Source of the DNA: Macrostomum lignano
Lineage: Eukaryota
Reading direction: 5' to 3'
NCBI GenBank assembly: GCA_002269645.1
Contig: NIVC01000108.1
Span: 124,001 to 188,000, forward strand
Length of the DNA stretch: 64,000 nt
Shown here: piece by piece, positions 11,201 through 26,200 of the stretch
How positions within the stretch are numbered: the stretch's first letter is position 1
How the letters are laid out: the number at the start of each line of letters is the position of its first letter
Program-made: the position numbers and the translations under genes
The notes under the pieces: model-generated
What the model was told of the DNA's origin: nothing
Seen by the model: only the letters and a program-made list of their open reading frames with translations
Databases searched by the model: none

Positions 11201-13079
11201 GCTGCTCAGAGTAGATCCGGAGCAGGAACTCCGCCTCCATGTTCGGATCGAAGGTGCTGGGCACAATAATGTAGGTGCCAGGAGCCAATTTGTGCCGGCC
11301 GGTGATCTCGCGGGTATCGCCGAATGTCGGCGACCTGGCGGCACTGGCCTTGTACTTGAAGAAGTTCATTTCCTTCGGGCCCGGCGGATCCGACTCGCCA
11401 ACTTGGTAGAGGATGTAGCCGATGAAATGATTTGCTGCCCCCTGCTTTCGCATGTTCTTCTGCATGAGCCCGATGATCACTGAGCCCAGGTCCTCATCAT
11501 CGCCCTCATCGGGGTCCACAATTTTCACTTGGAATTGCGGATTCAACCAAAAGGAGTCCAGGTACTTGCGGCAGCCTCCGGCGTTCACGTTGCGAACCCA
11601 GCTGCCGTGGTGGGTGATGGCTTCCCAGCGCGTCTTTCCCGTGGTGCTGTCCTGTCCGAGGGAGTCGGGACCCAGGTGGCAGATCTCAACCTTGTGGAAG
11701 TTCTGCGCAAAGTCTTCGAAACTCATCCAGAATTCGCCGTCGTCGGCATTCGACAGGCCGATGCGCTGCTTTTCTTCGGCACTTAGCTGGTCCCATTCGC
11801 TGGAGTCGTCTCCCCAGCTGCCCTTCCACTCCTCCTCGTTACCCCAAGGATTTCTGATTCTCACAAGACACTCCTCGTCACCAGACAGCAGTTTTACCTG
11901 AGGATTGTTTTACATTTTCAACAGTTACGATACGAGCTCCTTATATATATTTGAGTTTAAGAGATTAATTACCTACCTTTTCTACAGCCGTAATGGAGTA
12001 GGCATGCCCCATGATCAACCCATTTTCCAACCTGGCCTCAATTTGATTGGCATCTGCATTGATTCCGCAGCCCATCAGCGAGCACCTCTTTGTCGCCTTA
12101 TGCATAGTCTCAAACAACTCAGCCGAAGGCCCGTTAACAAGATCGAAGAATTCGGTTATTCCTCCAGTAAAGTCCTCCATGGCCTCGGAGCTGGAGCCAC
12201 CGACAAGAGCTCGGTAGCTGCCCATTGTTTTGGCATATGCTTTTTCCAGGAGAGCAGACCAGAACTCATCCGAGTCCGCTGAGTGCATGAAGATCAGCTG
12301 GTTAGCATAGGTAGGCAGACGGTCGTCAATCCAGATGTCTTTCCACTCGCCAAACATCCAGAAACGAAACTTGAACATTCCGCAGTATTTTTTATCGAAA
12401 AACTCCTGGTCAGTTGGCACTACTTGGTCGAAGAGGTCCTGGTACATCGACAATGAGGCCACGGCAGCCAACAACCAACAGTCTCCTAGAACAGGGATTA
12501 ACTAGCTTTAATTTATTTGAAGCTTGAGCATCTGCCGATCTCAGCACCACCCTGACTCGAAGTCCTGGACTCACCGATCGCTCCTTGACGAACATCAAAT
12601 CGGCTTGTGCCATCGCTGACAAACTTTGCCGTGTCGCAAAACTCCTGAAATTTATGGAATTAGCCGTGATTATGAGTGTACTTTTAACAGTGCTATCGTT
12701 CTGTGAATAAATGGTTTCATTCTACGGATCGTCCTACTGGAGGTCGCTTCCAGACAATCTCAGCTCCCGGAGGGAGGGCTTCATAAAGGTCATCAGGCAG
12801 CACAGAATCGTCGGCCGGAAACTCCAGGTCCTCGAACAGCTCACCCTTGGACCTCAGCTCGTCCTGCTGAGCCAGCAAGCTTTGCTGGCTTCGCCGCAGC
12901 TCCTCCGATACTTTGACAGCCAGTCGATTTGAGCCTTCAAAGAACGCCATGGCTGGTGAGTGTTGAGAGAGAGAACAGCAGCGACTCAAGCCTGCACTTC
13001 GATCTACCTTACCTGGCGCGAACAATTTAGAGGGCTCGTAGGGGTGCGCAGAGGGTGGATGCCATTCAGCCGATTCCAT
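8244..13079 (-). CDS. Classical calpain (CysPc + C2-like domain III + penta-EF-hand), ~738 aa; complement(join(8244..8270,8382..8557,10514..10723,10810..11005,11151..11897,11977..12485,12575..12644,12738..12952,13013..13079))
   Basis: Catalytic triad motifs QGAIGDCWLLAA, GHAYSIT and RNPWG. Domain III GGC..NPQF and Y.IVPSTF.PN.EAEFLLR. EF-hands DVDQSGYL.FDEF, DADSSGDFNSFEL and SGSIKFDDF. C-terminus LLQLALYS*. All phases consistent (2217 nt). One GC donor at 8381. Start codon is the least certain part. Confidence 0.93.
8861..10262. mobile_element. Non-autonomous/degenerate DNA element with ~120-bp imperfect terminal inverted repeats, in the largest calpain intron
   Basis: Left end AACTACGTTTCTTGGAATTTTTAGGAGGCAGGTTTTACCGAAAGACTACAT matches the reverse complement of the right end (..ATGTAGTCTTTAGGTAAAACCTGTCTCCTAAAAATTTCCAAGAAACGTAGTT). 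No TSD seen. Frameshifted coding remnant at ~9366-9782. Confidence 0.75.
10383..10452 (-). mobile_element. tRNA-derived SINE-like head (Pol III A/B-box-like)
   Basis: Minus strand GTAGCTCAGCGGT (A-box-like) then GGGTTCGCTTC (B-box-like). No convincing cloverleaf. Confidence 0.35.
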
Positions 13080-13590
13080 TATTCCCGCCAGTTTTCTTGA
13101 GCGCGCGGTATCTCAACCAGACACAGTTGAGAGCCGGGGTTCGCTGGGGACATGCAGGGTCCGCAGAGGGGGGCACATTGTCTGCCTGCAGCTGCTGCAA
13201 TAGAAACTGCACTGGGGTGCTATAGCAAGACTCAAGACTAGGGCGCCAATGAAGCTCTCTGTTACTCAGCGAATGCAGAAGCTCGAGCTTTCTCTCGAGA
13301 AGGGGTCTGCCTACAATGAATGGCTCGGGTAGGAAATGAATAAGCATTACAAATTAAAAAGAGGAGCGTGCAGAAAGACAAGCGTAGCACGCAGCACAGC
13401 AGCATACTACCAGGCCAGGGCATTATAAAACGAGATATGGCTCGTAAGAATAGCAAAGGAATCATGAATTGCTATTTGCTGGCAGCCGAATTTTTTTATT
13501 AAAGTTCATTTATGTAATATAAAAATGTATAATCACGGTATATGTCTCACAAAATCAATGGATTTAAAGCTTTCTAATTTACATAATGTA

Positions 13591-13769
13591 TAATAATAAT
13601 ATAACAACTGATTACGCCTGTCCCAATTGGGCCAGATATGCCTCCGACAGCTCAGCCGCAGCTATTGCGCGGCGCATCTGAAGACTGCGTACGGCTGTTT
13701 AGTCCAGAGACTGGGGGGGGGGGCACCTTTCAGTCGTGGGTCCGCCGCTCTAACCTCTAGACTACAACC
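13591..13769 (-). mobile_element. SINE-like element with tRNA-like head and (ATT)n tail
   Basis: Minus strand starts GGTTGTAGTCTAGAGGTTAGAGCG (A-box-like) and ends TATATTATTATTA. B-box not recognisable. Confidence 0.45.
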
Positions 13770-14243
13770 TTAGTTCATAATGTATGAAAGCTATGAAAAA
13801 ACTGTCAATATTTCAAAGCTGTAGTCTTCGTACGAGTAAATCGCCGTAAGTAAATTGCAGGAAATCTGACATTTAATTGTCAAATTATGCTGCTCTGTTG
13901 TTTTTCTAGCTTTGCATAGCTTTTTACTATGTCTACTTCAGGTTTAACAATCCGTCAAAAAAACTGCGGAAAAATGGTTAAGCGTAGCCGACTTTACTCT
14001 GCAATCGATTTCAGGATTTGTTCGCTACTTGCTACTGTAAGTAGATATATAAGTTCAGTAGTAGTGTAGCAAGATAGTGCAAAATAAATGTTGCATACTA
14101 ACTTGTCAGCGGCATGACATCTATATTTAGGGACATTTCATTTCCTTGTTGATACAGAAATGGGACATAGCTCGTAGAATAGAAGCGAAATTTGTAAAAT
14201 AAGACTTAGAATTTCGACGTAGATTCGAATCAAATGATGTGAA

Positions 14244-14671
14244 GCAGGGATGTCGATTCCCGGGGAATTTTCTCATCGGGGACCCCGGGGAAAAAAAATA
14301 AGTAAAAAACGGCGGATAACTTAAATCAAAGTGAAAAAAATTATCTTGCAGATAAATCACCGTTTTGTCCTTGTCTAATAAGGACTAAGGAGTATTTTGA
14401 CAAAGGTGCGCGCACGATTTGATGCTGCTACGTTGTCAAATACAGTTTTAAATAAACATTGTTTAAAGTTTTTACCCTTGCGCGTTGAACATGTAGTCCA
14501 AGGCTTAAATCAATCAAAGTAAAAAAATGCCACTTAAGATGTGGCATTAATGCCACTTAATTCTCCGCCGTTTTTTACTTATTTTTTCTTTTCCCCGAGG
14601 TCGCGGGGGAATGACAGTAAATTCTCCGGGGTCCCCGACAAGAAAATTCCCCGGGGAATCGACATCCCTGC
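14244..14671. mobile_element. MITE with CAGGG termini (hAT-like)
   Basis: GCAGGGATGTCGATTCCC(C)GGGGAATTTTCT at left and its reverse complement at 14641-14671. Inverted match continues through AATAAGTAAAAAACGGCGGA. No TSD recognisable. Confidence 0.8.
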
Positions 14672-16119
14672 ATGACACTATGTCCTATAGACTATAGTCC
14701 CAAGCTAAGCCCAAGCTGTAATTTAATCGAAGCTACAATACCAGCATGAACTTAAATCAAATTCGCTATTCCGTTTAGAATTCAGACCAGACTCAGACTG
14801 GGTTCGACTTTCGATTTTCGAACTTTCTAAAATAGAAAATGGCGCCACTTTGATATTAGATGTAAGAAAAATAGAATGACTGAAGTAAACAGCTATTAAT
14901 CTAATCTCGTTTTTATAGAACCAGTTCGCTCTAACTGCGTCATTTGCCTTTGGAATTTTTAAAGTAGCAGTAGCAATAACATTTTCAGACAGAAGGTACG
15001 AGGGCAAAAGACAAGAGACAAAAAACAGATAGTTAACCAGTACCATAACCATACCAACGGAAAAACACAAGCTTGTTTTTCTGCTTCGCCTTTCCGTCCA
15101 TTTTGCATAGCTTTGCCTTTGAGCCTTTATTCTAGAGAGGTCTAGTACGAAAGAACTAAAAAAGAGAGGCTAACAGCTGTTTCCAGTGTACAGCTTGTGT
15201 TTTCTGTACACTGTATGGCAAGGCAAAACCTCAGCTGGACCTAATCGATATTTCTCGTCTTTCCAACTGTCTCCTTTCTCTTTCCAACCCACAACACACT
15301 GGCTAAGCGCTGACTAAGAAAATAGCTATCGTCCAAGGCCCAAGCCAAACTCTGGTATGAAAACTCTTTCCGAAAAGGCTGATATAGAGTGTACATTTGT
15401 TAGTGTACACTCTTATCTTCTGTAGGGAATGCTGAGGCCACTGGTTTATCGATTTTCCGTCTCTCCCTTCCCTCATTCACCCTGTCCCTAGCTGCTGGCT
15501 CTTGTAGATAGAATAGGCAGGGGGAGTCGTTTGTGGAGCATCCAGTAATTAGAGCACGGAGAGGAGCGGGTCGGGGTAGAGTGTAGACTCCTCTTCGTCT
15601 TCGCCTCGTCCGCTGTTGCCTGTGCATGCGATTTGAGTCATACCATGGCAATCGGCAAGCAAGCAGGCCAGGCAGAGACGGTACACTGCATTTGGCTGCA
15701 AACATTTTTTATCACAACTGGTTTTAGACTGTCGACGAGAATATAGCCTATAGGTGAACTGCGCGAAGCATACAGATTGAACCGGATATGTGCAATAAAG
15801 CAATATTGATTTTGAAAATTAAATTCTTCACTAAGTTCCGTAGGGCTATATCTATTAAATGTAATAACAGCAAGGATAAGAGTTTGTGCTTGCGAAGATA
15901 ATGCTAATTTGATGGGATGTTAATTGGGAAACAAATGCAAACCGCGTCGCTGTCATGACGCCGATGAAACGGTTCAAACGAACTTAAAATTATATTTATT
16001 GACCGAGGGCAACAACTAAAGTTCCACATGACAAGAATGGGTGCGAATCAAGGGCAAGAAAATCATGTGACTCTCAGGGGTAGGTGGGGTGGGGGTTGGT
16101 TGGATGGGGGGTTGGTTTG

Positions 16120-16365
16120 TGGGGTTGACGTGGCATCTTGGAAACCCTTTCCCGTGCCAGTCCAAACCTGCCACGCGGAAAGCGCATGACTGATAAGAGC
16201 CGAGTAAGTACACTCTACGAGCGCGTATTGGCCCACTATTGGTTAAAGTGAAGGCCAAACCACGTACAAGATTCAACGTCAGCTGCGCGTAGTCAAAACG
16301 ACGACAGTAAAAATAGTCTTTGAATCATAGACTACGACAACCCCCCCAAACGCCTCTCTATAAAA
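16120..16365 (+). promoter_or_regulatory. Polyubiquitin promoter: TATAAAA (16359-16365), two reverse CCAAT boxes, TGACGTGG (16126-16133)
   Basis: Motifs read directly; TATA lies ~105 bp upstream of the ATG. Function inferred. Confidence 0.55.
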
Positions 16366-16457
16366 CAAAGCTGCGGAGCGGGCTTTCTTGTCAAGCCATC
16401 GTTTTCAAAGCGAAACGTCTCGAAGTTACAAGCTTCTTACAAACCATTCAATTCTAA

Positions 16458-17843
<1,386 letters not shown>

Positions 17844-18609
17844 ACTTGTGAACGGAATATTCTGAGCGCGTGTGACGCTATTTGACATTATCAAGAGAAA
17901 TTAACCTAGTATAACAGTTTAGTTTCAACTTTCCTCTTATTAATATAAAAGATTAAACAAAACAAGCAATCTCTTGTCAAAACCAGTCAAACCGCTTTTA
18001 ATGGTTCAGTTTGATACCAAAATCTGTATCAATAACCCGAATGTCCTTTTCAATACTAGCTTTCGAATAGCAACAAGAAAATAAACCGAGTTTTACCACC
18101 AGCAGAAATAATAGTTCTCGAAATCGAACTTGCATTACTAAGTTTTCTGTTTTGTTCTTAATTATTTGCTGTTAGTGTTGTACGAAAGCATAGATTTGTT
18201 TAAATACGGTGATACTCTGCAGAAGCAAATGACTGCTGATCTTCGGTTTTTTCCTTGATCTCGATCGCATTGTCTTCAGTCTAGGCTGGCCTCTCCTGAC
18301 CCAACCCCATCTCTTGATATTTCACCCAGATTTTTTATTTTACTTTTACTGTAAAATCAGGTGATCCGTGTCATCTTAAAAGGAAGGCGATTTATCTGGG
18401 GAAGCAATCCAGATTGTTCAACGGATCAGGACCAGGCTATTATAAAGTGACCCGCGGCATTCACTTGTTTGCCGCTGTGAATAGTGATGGGATGATTTAG
18501 TCAGGTATTTGTTATCAGATCTACAAGGCGTAGTTCCTGTTGTACTACATGTATAATGTCAATATTTGTCAATGTCAATATAATATCAAAGAGTGCAGTA
18601 GTGTTGACC

Positions 18610-19460
18610 ACTCTCACCATCGCGATCTTCCCACCACTCACCGGCACTCCTACCACCACTCACCGTCACTCTTCCCACCACTCACCGACACTCTTACCAC
18701 GACTCACCGTCACTCTTACCACCACACCGTCACTCTTGCCACCACTCACCGTCACTCTTCCCACCACTCACCGTCACTCTTACCACCACTCACTGCCACT
18801 CTTCCCACCACTCACCGTCACTCTTACCACCACTCACCGCCACTCTTACCACCACTCACCGTCACTCTTACCACCACTCACCGTCACTCTTACCACCACT
18901 CACCGCCACTCTTACCACCACTCACCGCCACTCTTACCACCACTCACCGTCACTCTTACCACCACTCACCGCCACTCTTACCACCACTCACCGCCACTCT
19001 TACCACCACTCACCGTCACTCTTACCACCACTCACCGCCACTCTTACCACCACTCACCGCCACTCTTACCACCACTCACCGTCTGCACTCTTCCCACCAC
19101 TCACCGGCACTCTTCCCACCACTCACCGGCACTCTTCCCCCCTGCTTGCCCAACCATGGTCAAATCATGCATGAACCGGGGGACAACAACCATGGAGGGC
19201 AACCACTTCCCACCACTCACCGTCTGCACTCGATCTCACCACTCACCGGCACTCTTCCCACCACTCACGGCACTCTTCCCACCACTCACCGTCTGCACTC
19301 GATCCCACCACTCACCGTCACTCTTCCCACGCCACTCACCGTCACTCTTCCCACACCACTCACCGGCACTCTTCCCACCACTCCCCGGCACTCTTCCCAC
19401 CACTCACGTCGCTCTTCCCACCACTCCCCGGCAGTCTTCCCACCACTCTCAGTATTATAC
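18610..19460. repeat. Minisatellite, 22-bp unit ACCACCACTCACCGTCACTCTT
   Basis: Direct reading; degenerate at both ends. Confidence 0.95.
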
Positions 19461-20004
19461 TTCCACCACTCAGAGTCCCTTTTGGACTCTCCGTTACAGT
19501 AGTTTTTCACACCCTTGTTTAAAGTAGCCACTACATGTACTTTACTGATCAAACTTTGTCAAATAGATGAGTCAAACTAGAAAGCCTTAGTAGAAAGTCT
19601 GTCTTGTACCTTTCACACCCACTGCGCAGTCTACCGGTACTAGCAACAAACTGCTCATAAAATATTAAATCTAGAACTTTAAACCACCTAGGAATGTATA
19701 TACCCATAAATCCCTTGCCGTCTCACACATCTACCAACGGCATCTACTCGTATGTACACACCTTGACATCTACACAGCCTCAAAAAGTTCTGGATACCCT
19801 TGGTATGCTGATAGTAGCTAGGCGCGTGAAACGTTGCCGTTTTTGAGGGCTTAACATCAGTAGTAGCTCGTATTCAGTTAATAGTTAATAACGCATCTAC
19901 TGGCTGCAGTAGGTGTTACATTTCTGCGAAACCTTTTTGCAGACTAACATTGCTCGCAGAATCTCTAAATCTGTCTGCTGTAACTGGGTGAAAGACTTGC
20001 TCAC

Positions 20005-20125
20005 ATATGTCACTGGATTAAAGACTTGCTCACAGATGTCACTGGATGAAAGACTTGCTCACAGATGGCACTGGAATGATGAAAGACTTGCTTACAGATG
20101 TCACTGGATGAAAGACTTGCTCACA
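20005..20125. repeat. Short tandem repeat, ~29-bp unit GTCACTGGATGAAAGACTTGCTCACAGAT, ~4 copies
   Basis: Direct reading. Confidence 0.85.
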
Positions 20126-20939
20126 GATATCTCGGATGTACCAGCTGGAGCAGTCGCTCACCTATTCGTCAAAAGTCAGTGAAAATTCTATATCAGACAC
20201 TTAATTACATAAATCAAAGACGTTGATGGTCAGAGTTATCGGTATAATTTATCGGGTTAAAATATTGATTATAATTATATTGATTGAACTACCGATGCAC
20301 TCAGATCAGGTCTTAGTGATGGACAGAGCGACCCTATCTATTCTGAACACCATGGGGCAGCGAGTTTTCGTTGGGCTGTAAAACAAACATTCTGCCGCAA
20401 ACTGGAATCCTAAGCCAGAGAATGTGGCTTCCGGTCAGGAGCTCCCGCTGGGAGTCGAGCCAAGCCAGGCGAGGTGCTCACAAATAATTGGCGCCAGGAT
20501 ATTCGGCAAACCGACTTGTTGAGAGGAGGTTTTGAAGTCCGTGCTTCTGTTGTGCACCATGCACGCCCCGGATGTCGGCAGAGTCCCAAGCTAACGGGTT
20601 TGCACTTTAACCCAGGCTGCCTAACAGCATTCAGATGCGAGCTAGATTGGTATCCTGCTCAAAAACCGGCATGTCATGTCTGCCCGATGGCCCACACGAA
20701 CTGCGCGAGTTTATGCAAATTGAGCCGCCAAGGGGCAGGCAGAAAGCGGCTTTCAAAGCGGGCTGCCTTGGCGAGGCGCTGACTTAATTGACCAATGCAC
20801 AGAATATTTATGGGAAATAAGGCGAGTGGGAAGCTATTAAACAAAATCAACCCGATTCCCAACTGAAAAGGCCTCAGATGGACAAGGGTGAGCTTGGCCG
20901 CCCGCGATTTCAGTTGGTCACTACATTTTCAAGTATCTT

Positions 20940-22985
20940 TCAGTGGGTTGCCACAAACCTCCAATCATTCATGGGTTGCCACAAACCCCAAATCATTCAT
21001 GGGTTGCCACAAACCCCAAATCATTCATGGGTTGCCACAAACCCCAAATCATCCAGTGGGTTGCCACAAACCCCAAATCATTCTGGGTTGCCACAAACCC
21101 CAAATCATCCAGTGGGTTGCGACAAACCCCAAATCATTCAGTGGGTTGCCACAAACCCCAAATCATTCAGTGGGTTGCCACAAACCCCAAATCATCCAGT
21201 AGGTTGCGACAAACCCCAAATCATTCAGTGGGTTGCGACAAACCCCAAATCATTCAGTGGGTTGCCACAAACCCCAAATCATTCAGCGGGTTGCCACAAA
21301 CCCCAAATCATTCAGCGGGTTGCCACAAACCCCAAATCATCCAGTGGGTTGCGACAAACCCCAAATCATCCAGTGGGTTGCCACAAACCCCAAATCATTC
21401 AGCGGGTTGCCACAAACCCCAAATCATGCAGTGGGTTGCCACAAACCCCAAATCATTCAGTGGGTTGCCACAAACCCCAAATCATTCAGTGGGTTGCCAC
21501 AAACCCCAAATCATTCAGTAGGTTGCGACAAACCCCAAATCATTCAGTAGGTTGCGACAAACCCCAAATCATTCAGTAGGTTGCCACAAACCCCAAATCA
21601 TTCAGTAGGTTGCCACAAACCCCAAATCATTCAGTGGGTTGCCACAAACCCCAAATCATTCTGGGTTGCCACAAACCCCAAATCATTCAGTAGGTTGCCA
21701 CAAACCCCAAATCATTCAGTGGGTTGCCACAAACCCCAAATCATCCGGTGGGTTGCCACAAACCCCAAATCATCCAGTGGGTTGCCACAAACCCCAAATC
21801 ATCCAGTGGGTTGCCACAAACCCCAATCCACTCAGTGGGTTGCCACAAACCCCAAATCATCCAGTGGGTTGCCACAAACCCCAAATCATCCAGTGGGTTG
21901 CGACAAACCCCAAATCATTCAGTGGGTTGCCACAAACCCCAAATCATTCAGCGGGTTGCCACAAACCCCAAATCATTCAGCGGGTTGCCACAAACCCCAA
22001 ATCATCCAGTGGGTTGCGACAAACCCCAAATCATCCAGTGGGTTGCCACAAACCCCAAATCATTCAGCGGGTTGCCACAAACCCCAAATCATGCAGTGGG
22101 TTGCCACAAACCCCAAATCATTCAGTGGGTTGCCACAAACCCCAAATCATTCAGTGGGTTGCCACAAACCCCAAATCATTCAGTAGGTTGCGACAAACCC
22201 CAAATCATTCAGTAGGTTGCGACAAACCCCAAATCATTCAGTAGGTTGCCACAAACCCCAAATCATTCAGTAGGTTGCCACAAACCCCAAATCATTCAGT
22301 GGGTTGCCACAAACCCCAAATCATCCGGTGGGTTGCCACAAACCCCAAATCATCCAGTGGGTTGCCACAAACCCCAAATCATCCAGTGGATTGCCACAAA
22401 CCCCAAATCATTCAGTGGGTTGCCACAAACCCCAAATCATCCAGTAGGTTGCGACAAACCCCAAATCATTCAGTAGGTTGCGACAAACCCCAAATCATTC
22501 AGTAGGTTGCCACAAACCCCAAATCATTCAGTAGGTTGCCACAAACCCCAAATCATTCAGTGGGTTGCCACAAACCCCAAATCATCCGGTGGGTTGCCAC
22601 AAACCCCAAATCATCCAGTGGGTTGCCACAAACCCCAAATCATCCAGTGGGTTGCCACAAACTCCAATCCACTCAGTGGGTTGCCACAAACCCCAAATCA
22701 TCCAGTGGGTTGCCACAAACCCCAAATCATCCAGTGGGTTGCCACAAACCCCAAATCATCCAGTGGGTTGCCACAAACCCCAAATCATTCAGTAGGTTGC
22801 GACAAACCCCAAATCATTCAGCGGGTTGCCACAAACCCCAAATCATTCAGTGGGTTGCGACAAACCCCAAATCATTCAGCGGGTTGCCAAAAACCCCAAA
22901 TCATCCAGTGGGTTGCGACAAACCCCAAATCATTCAGTGGGTTGCCACAAACCCCAATCCACTCAGTGGGTTGCCCCAAACCCTA
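20940..22985. repeat. Minisatellite, 29-bp unit GTGGGTTGCCACAAACCCCAAATCATTCA with higher-order duplications
   Basis: About 70 copies. Rare variant ATCATGCAG recurs at ~21426 and ~22091. Confidence 0.98.
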
Positions 22986-23225
22986 ATCCACTGCCCATTT
23001 TCCATTCCGTTTCAGTTTAGCAAGAGGCCAAAACCATAATTTCACTTCAAGTCCTTTTTTCTTAGAAGCAGACGGCACGTTGGCGTCGATAACCAGCATC
23101 AGAGCCAGTATATTTGGTTAATAAAGACAAAAATGGTTCCAATCGGAAAGAGAAATGTTTCAAAATTTGAATTATAAACAAAATTTAATGATGAAATATT
23201 AAAATGAAGAAGTCTTCCACGGGGC

Positions 23226-26200
23226 TCAGGGCTTCGCTTCTTGGGGCGCCTCCTGCTTGAAGTCTGAGCGCATGATGTACAGTAGGAAGGCGAGGAACTG
23301 CAGCACGGCGGCGGCCACGGCCACCCAGTAGGACCAGCGCAGCGAGTTGCGGTGCGCCCGGTTCGCGTCCCCGTGGCTCACGAAGTCGCCCCAGACGGCC
23401 ACGGCCACCAGGAGGCACAGAACTGCGCGAGCGAGGATGAGGGCGACAAGAAGGTTTGGGACTAGGTGTACATTATGACTAGGTGTACACGGTGCGTGAG
23501 AGGGCCAGGGGTTTGAGTTATGTCATAAATAGTGCAAAGCAATTTCCGATACAGAAGTCACACTACAGAATACAGAAATACAGAATACAGAATACAGCAC
23601 ACTACAGACTCTCAAAGTACAGCACACTGCGGACTCTCAAATACAGCACACTACAGACTCTCAAAGTACAGCACACTGCGGACTCTCAAATACAGCACAC
23701 TACAGACTCTCAAAGTACAGCACACTATTGCAGACTCTCAAAGTACAGCACACTGCGGACTCTCAAATACAGCACACTACAGACTCTCAAAGTACAGCAC
23801 ACTATTGCAGACTCTCAAAGTACAGCACACTGCGGACTCTCAAAGTACAGCACACTATTGCAGACTCTCAAAGTACAGCACACTGCGGACTCTCAAATAC
23901 AGCACACTACAGACTCTCAAAGTACAGCACACTGCGGACTCTCAAATACAGCACACTACAGACTCTCAAAGTACAGCACACTGCGGACTCTCAAATACAG
24001 CACACTACAGACTCTCAAAGTACAGCACACTATTGCAGACTCTCAAAGTACAGCACACTGCGGACTCTCAAATACAGCACACTACAGACTCTCAAAGTAC
24101 AGCACACTGCGGACTCTCAAAGTACAGCACACTGCGGACTCTCAAATACAGCACACTACTGCAGACTCTCAAAGTACAGCACACTGCAGACTCTCAAATA
24201 CAGCACACTACTGCAGACTCTCAAAGTACAGCACACTGCAGACTCTCAAAGTACAGCACATTACTGCAGACTCTCAAAGTACAGCACACTGCAGACTCTC
24301 AAATACAGCACACTACTGCAGACTCTCAAAGTACAGCACACTGCAGACTCTCAAAGTACAGCACATTACTGCAGACTCTCAAAGTACAGCACACTGCAGA
24401 CTCTCAAATACAGCACACTACTGCAGACTCTCAAAGTACAGCACATTACTGCAGACTCTCAAAGTACAGCACACTGCGCACTCTCAAATACAGCACACTG
24501 CAGACTCTCAAAGTACAGCACACTGTAGACTCTCAAAGTACAGGACACTGCAGACTCTCAAAGTACAGCACACTGCAGACTCTCAAAGTACAGCACACTG
24601 CAGACTCTCAAAGTACAGCACACTGCAGACTCTCAAAGTACAGGACACTGCAGACTCTCAAAGTACAGCACACTGCGGACTCTCAAATACAGCACACTGC
24701 AGACTCTCAAAGTACAGCACATGCAGACTCTCAAAGTACAGCACACTACAGACTCTCAAAGTACAGCACACTACAGACTCTCAAAGTACAGCACACTGCA
24801 GACTCTCAAAGTACAGCACACTACTGCAGACTCTCAAAGTACAGCACACTACTGCAGACTCTCAAAGTACAGCACACTGCGCACTCTCAAAGTACAGCAC
24901 ACTACTGCAGACTCTCAAAGTACAGCACACTGCAGACTCTCAAAGTACAGCACACTGCAGACTCTCAAAGTACAGCACACTGCAGACTCTCAAAGTACAG
25001 CACACTACTGCAGACTCTCAAAGTACAGCACACTGCGGACTCTCAAATACAGCACACTACAGACTCTCAAAGTACAGCACACTGCGGACTCTCAAAGTAC
25101 AGCACACTGCGGACTCTCAAATACAGCACACTACTGCAGACTCTCAAAGTACAGCACACTGCAGACTCTCAAAGTACAGCACACTGCAGACTCTCAAAGT
25201 ACAGCACACTACTGCAGACTCTCAAAGTACAGCACACTGCGGACTCTCAAAGTACAGCACACTGCAGACTCTCAAAGTACAGCACACTGCAGACTCTCAA
25301 AGTACAGGACACTGCAGACTCTCAAAGTACAGCACACTGCGGACTCTCAAATACAGCACACTGCAGACTCTCAAAGTACAGCACATGCAGACTCTCAAAG
25401 TACAGCACACTACAGACTCTCAAAGTACAGCACACTACAGACTCTCAAAGTACAGCACACTGCAGACTCTCAAAGTACAGCACACTACTGCAGACTCTCA
25501 AAGTACAGCACACTACTGCAGACTCTCAAAGTACAGCACACTGCGCACTCTCAAAGTACAGCACACTACTGCAGACTCTCAAAGTACAGCACACTGCAGA
25601 CTCTCAAAGTACAGCACACTGCAGACTCTCAAAGTACAGCACACTGCAGACTCTCAAAGTACAGCACACTATTGCAGACTCTCAAAGTACAGCACACTGC
25701 GGACTCTCAAATACAGCACACTACAGACTCTCAAAGTACAGCACACTGCGGACTCTCAAAGTACAGCACACTGCGGACTCTCAAATACAGCACACTACTG
25801 CAGACTCTCAAAGTACAGCACACTGCAGACTCTCAAAGTACAGCACACTACTGCAGACTCTCAAAGTACAGCACACTGCAGACTCTCAAAGTACAGCACA
25901 CTGCAGACTCTCAAAGTACAGCACACTGCAGACTCTCAAAGTACAGCACACTGCAGACTCTCAAAGTACAGCACACTACTGCAGACTCTCAAAGTACAGC
26001 ACACTGCGGACTCTCAAAGTACAGCACACTGCAGACTCTCAAAGTACAGCACACTGCAGACTCTCAAAGTACAGCACACTGCGGACTCTCAAAGTACAGC
26101 ACACTGCAGACTCTCAAAGTACAGCACACTACTGCAGACTCTCAAAGTACAGCACACTGCAGACTCTCAAAGTACAGCACACTGCGCACTCTCAAATACA

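Noticed and set aside
16385-16440. HSE-like GAAacGTCtcGAA
   Set aside because: It has a mismatch in the middle pentamer and lies downstream of the TATA box; too weak to call.
21426-25385. Near-equal higher-order periods (665 bp in the 29-mer array, 664 bp in the 25-mer array)
   Set aside because: Other arrays show different periods (~248, ~504), so coincidence is the simplest explanation.
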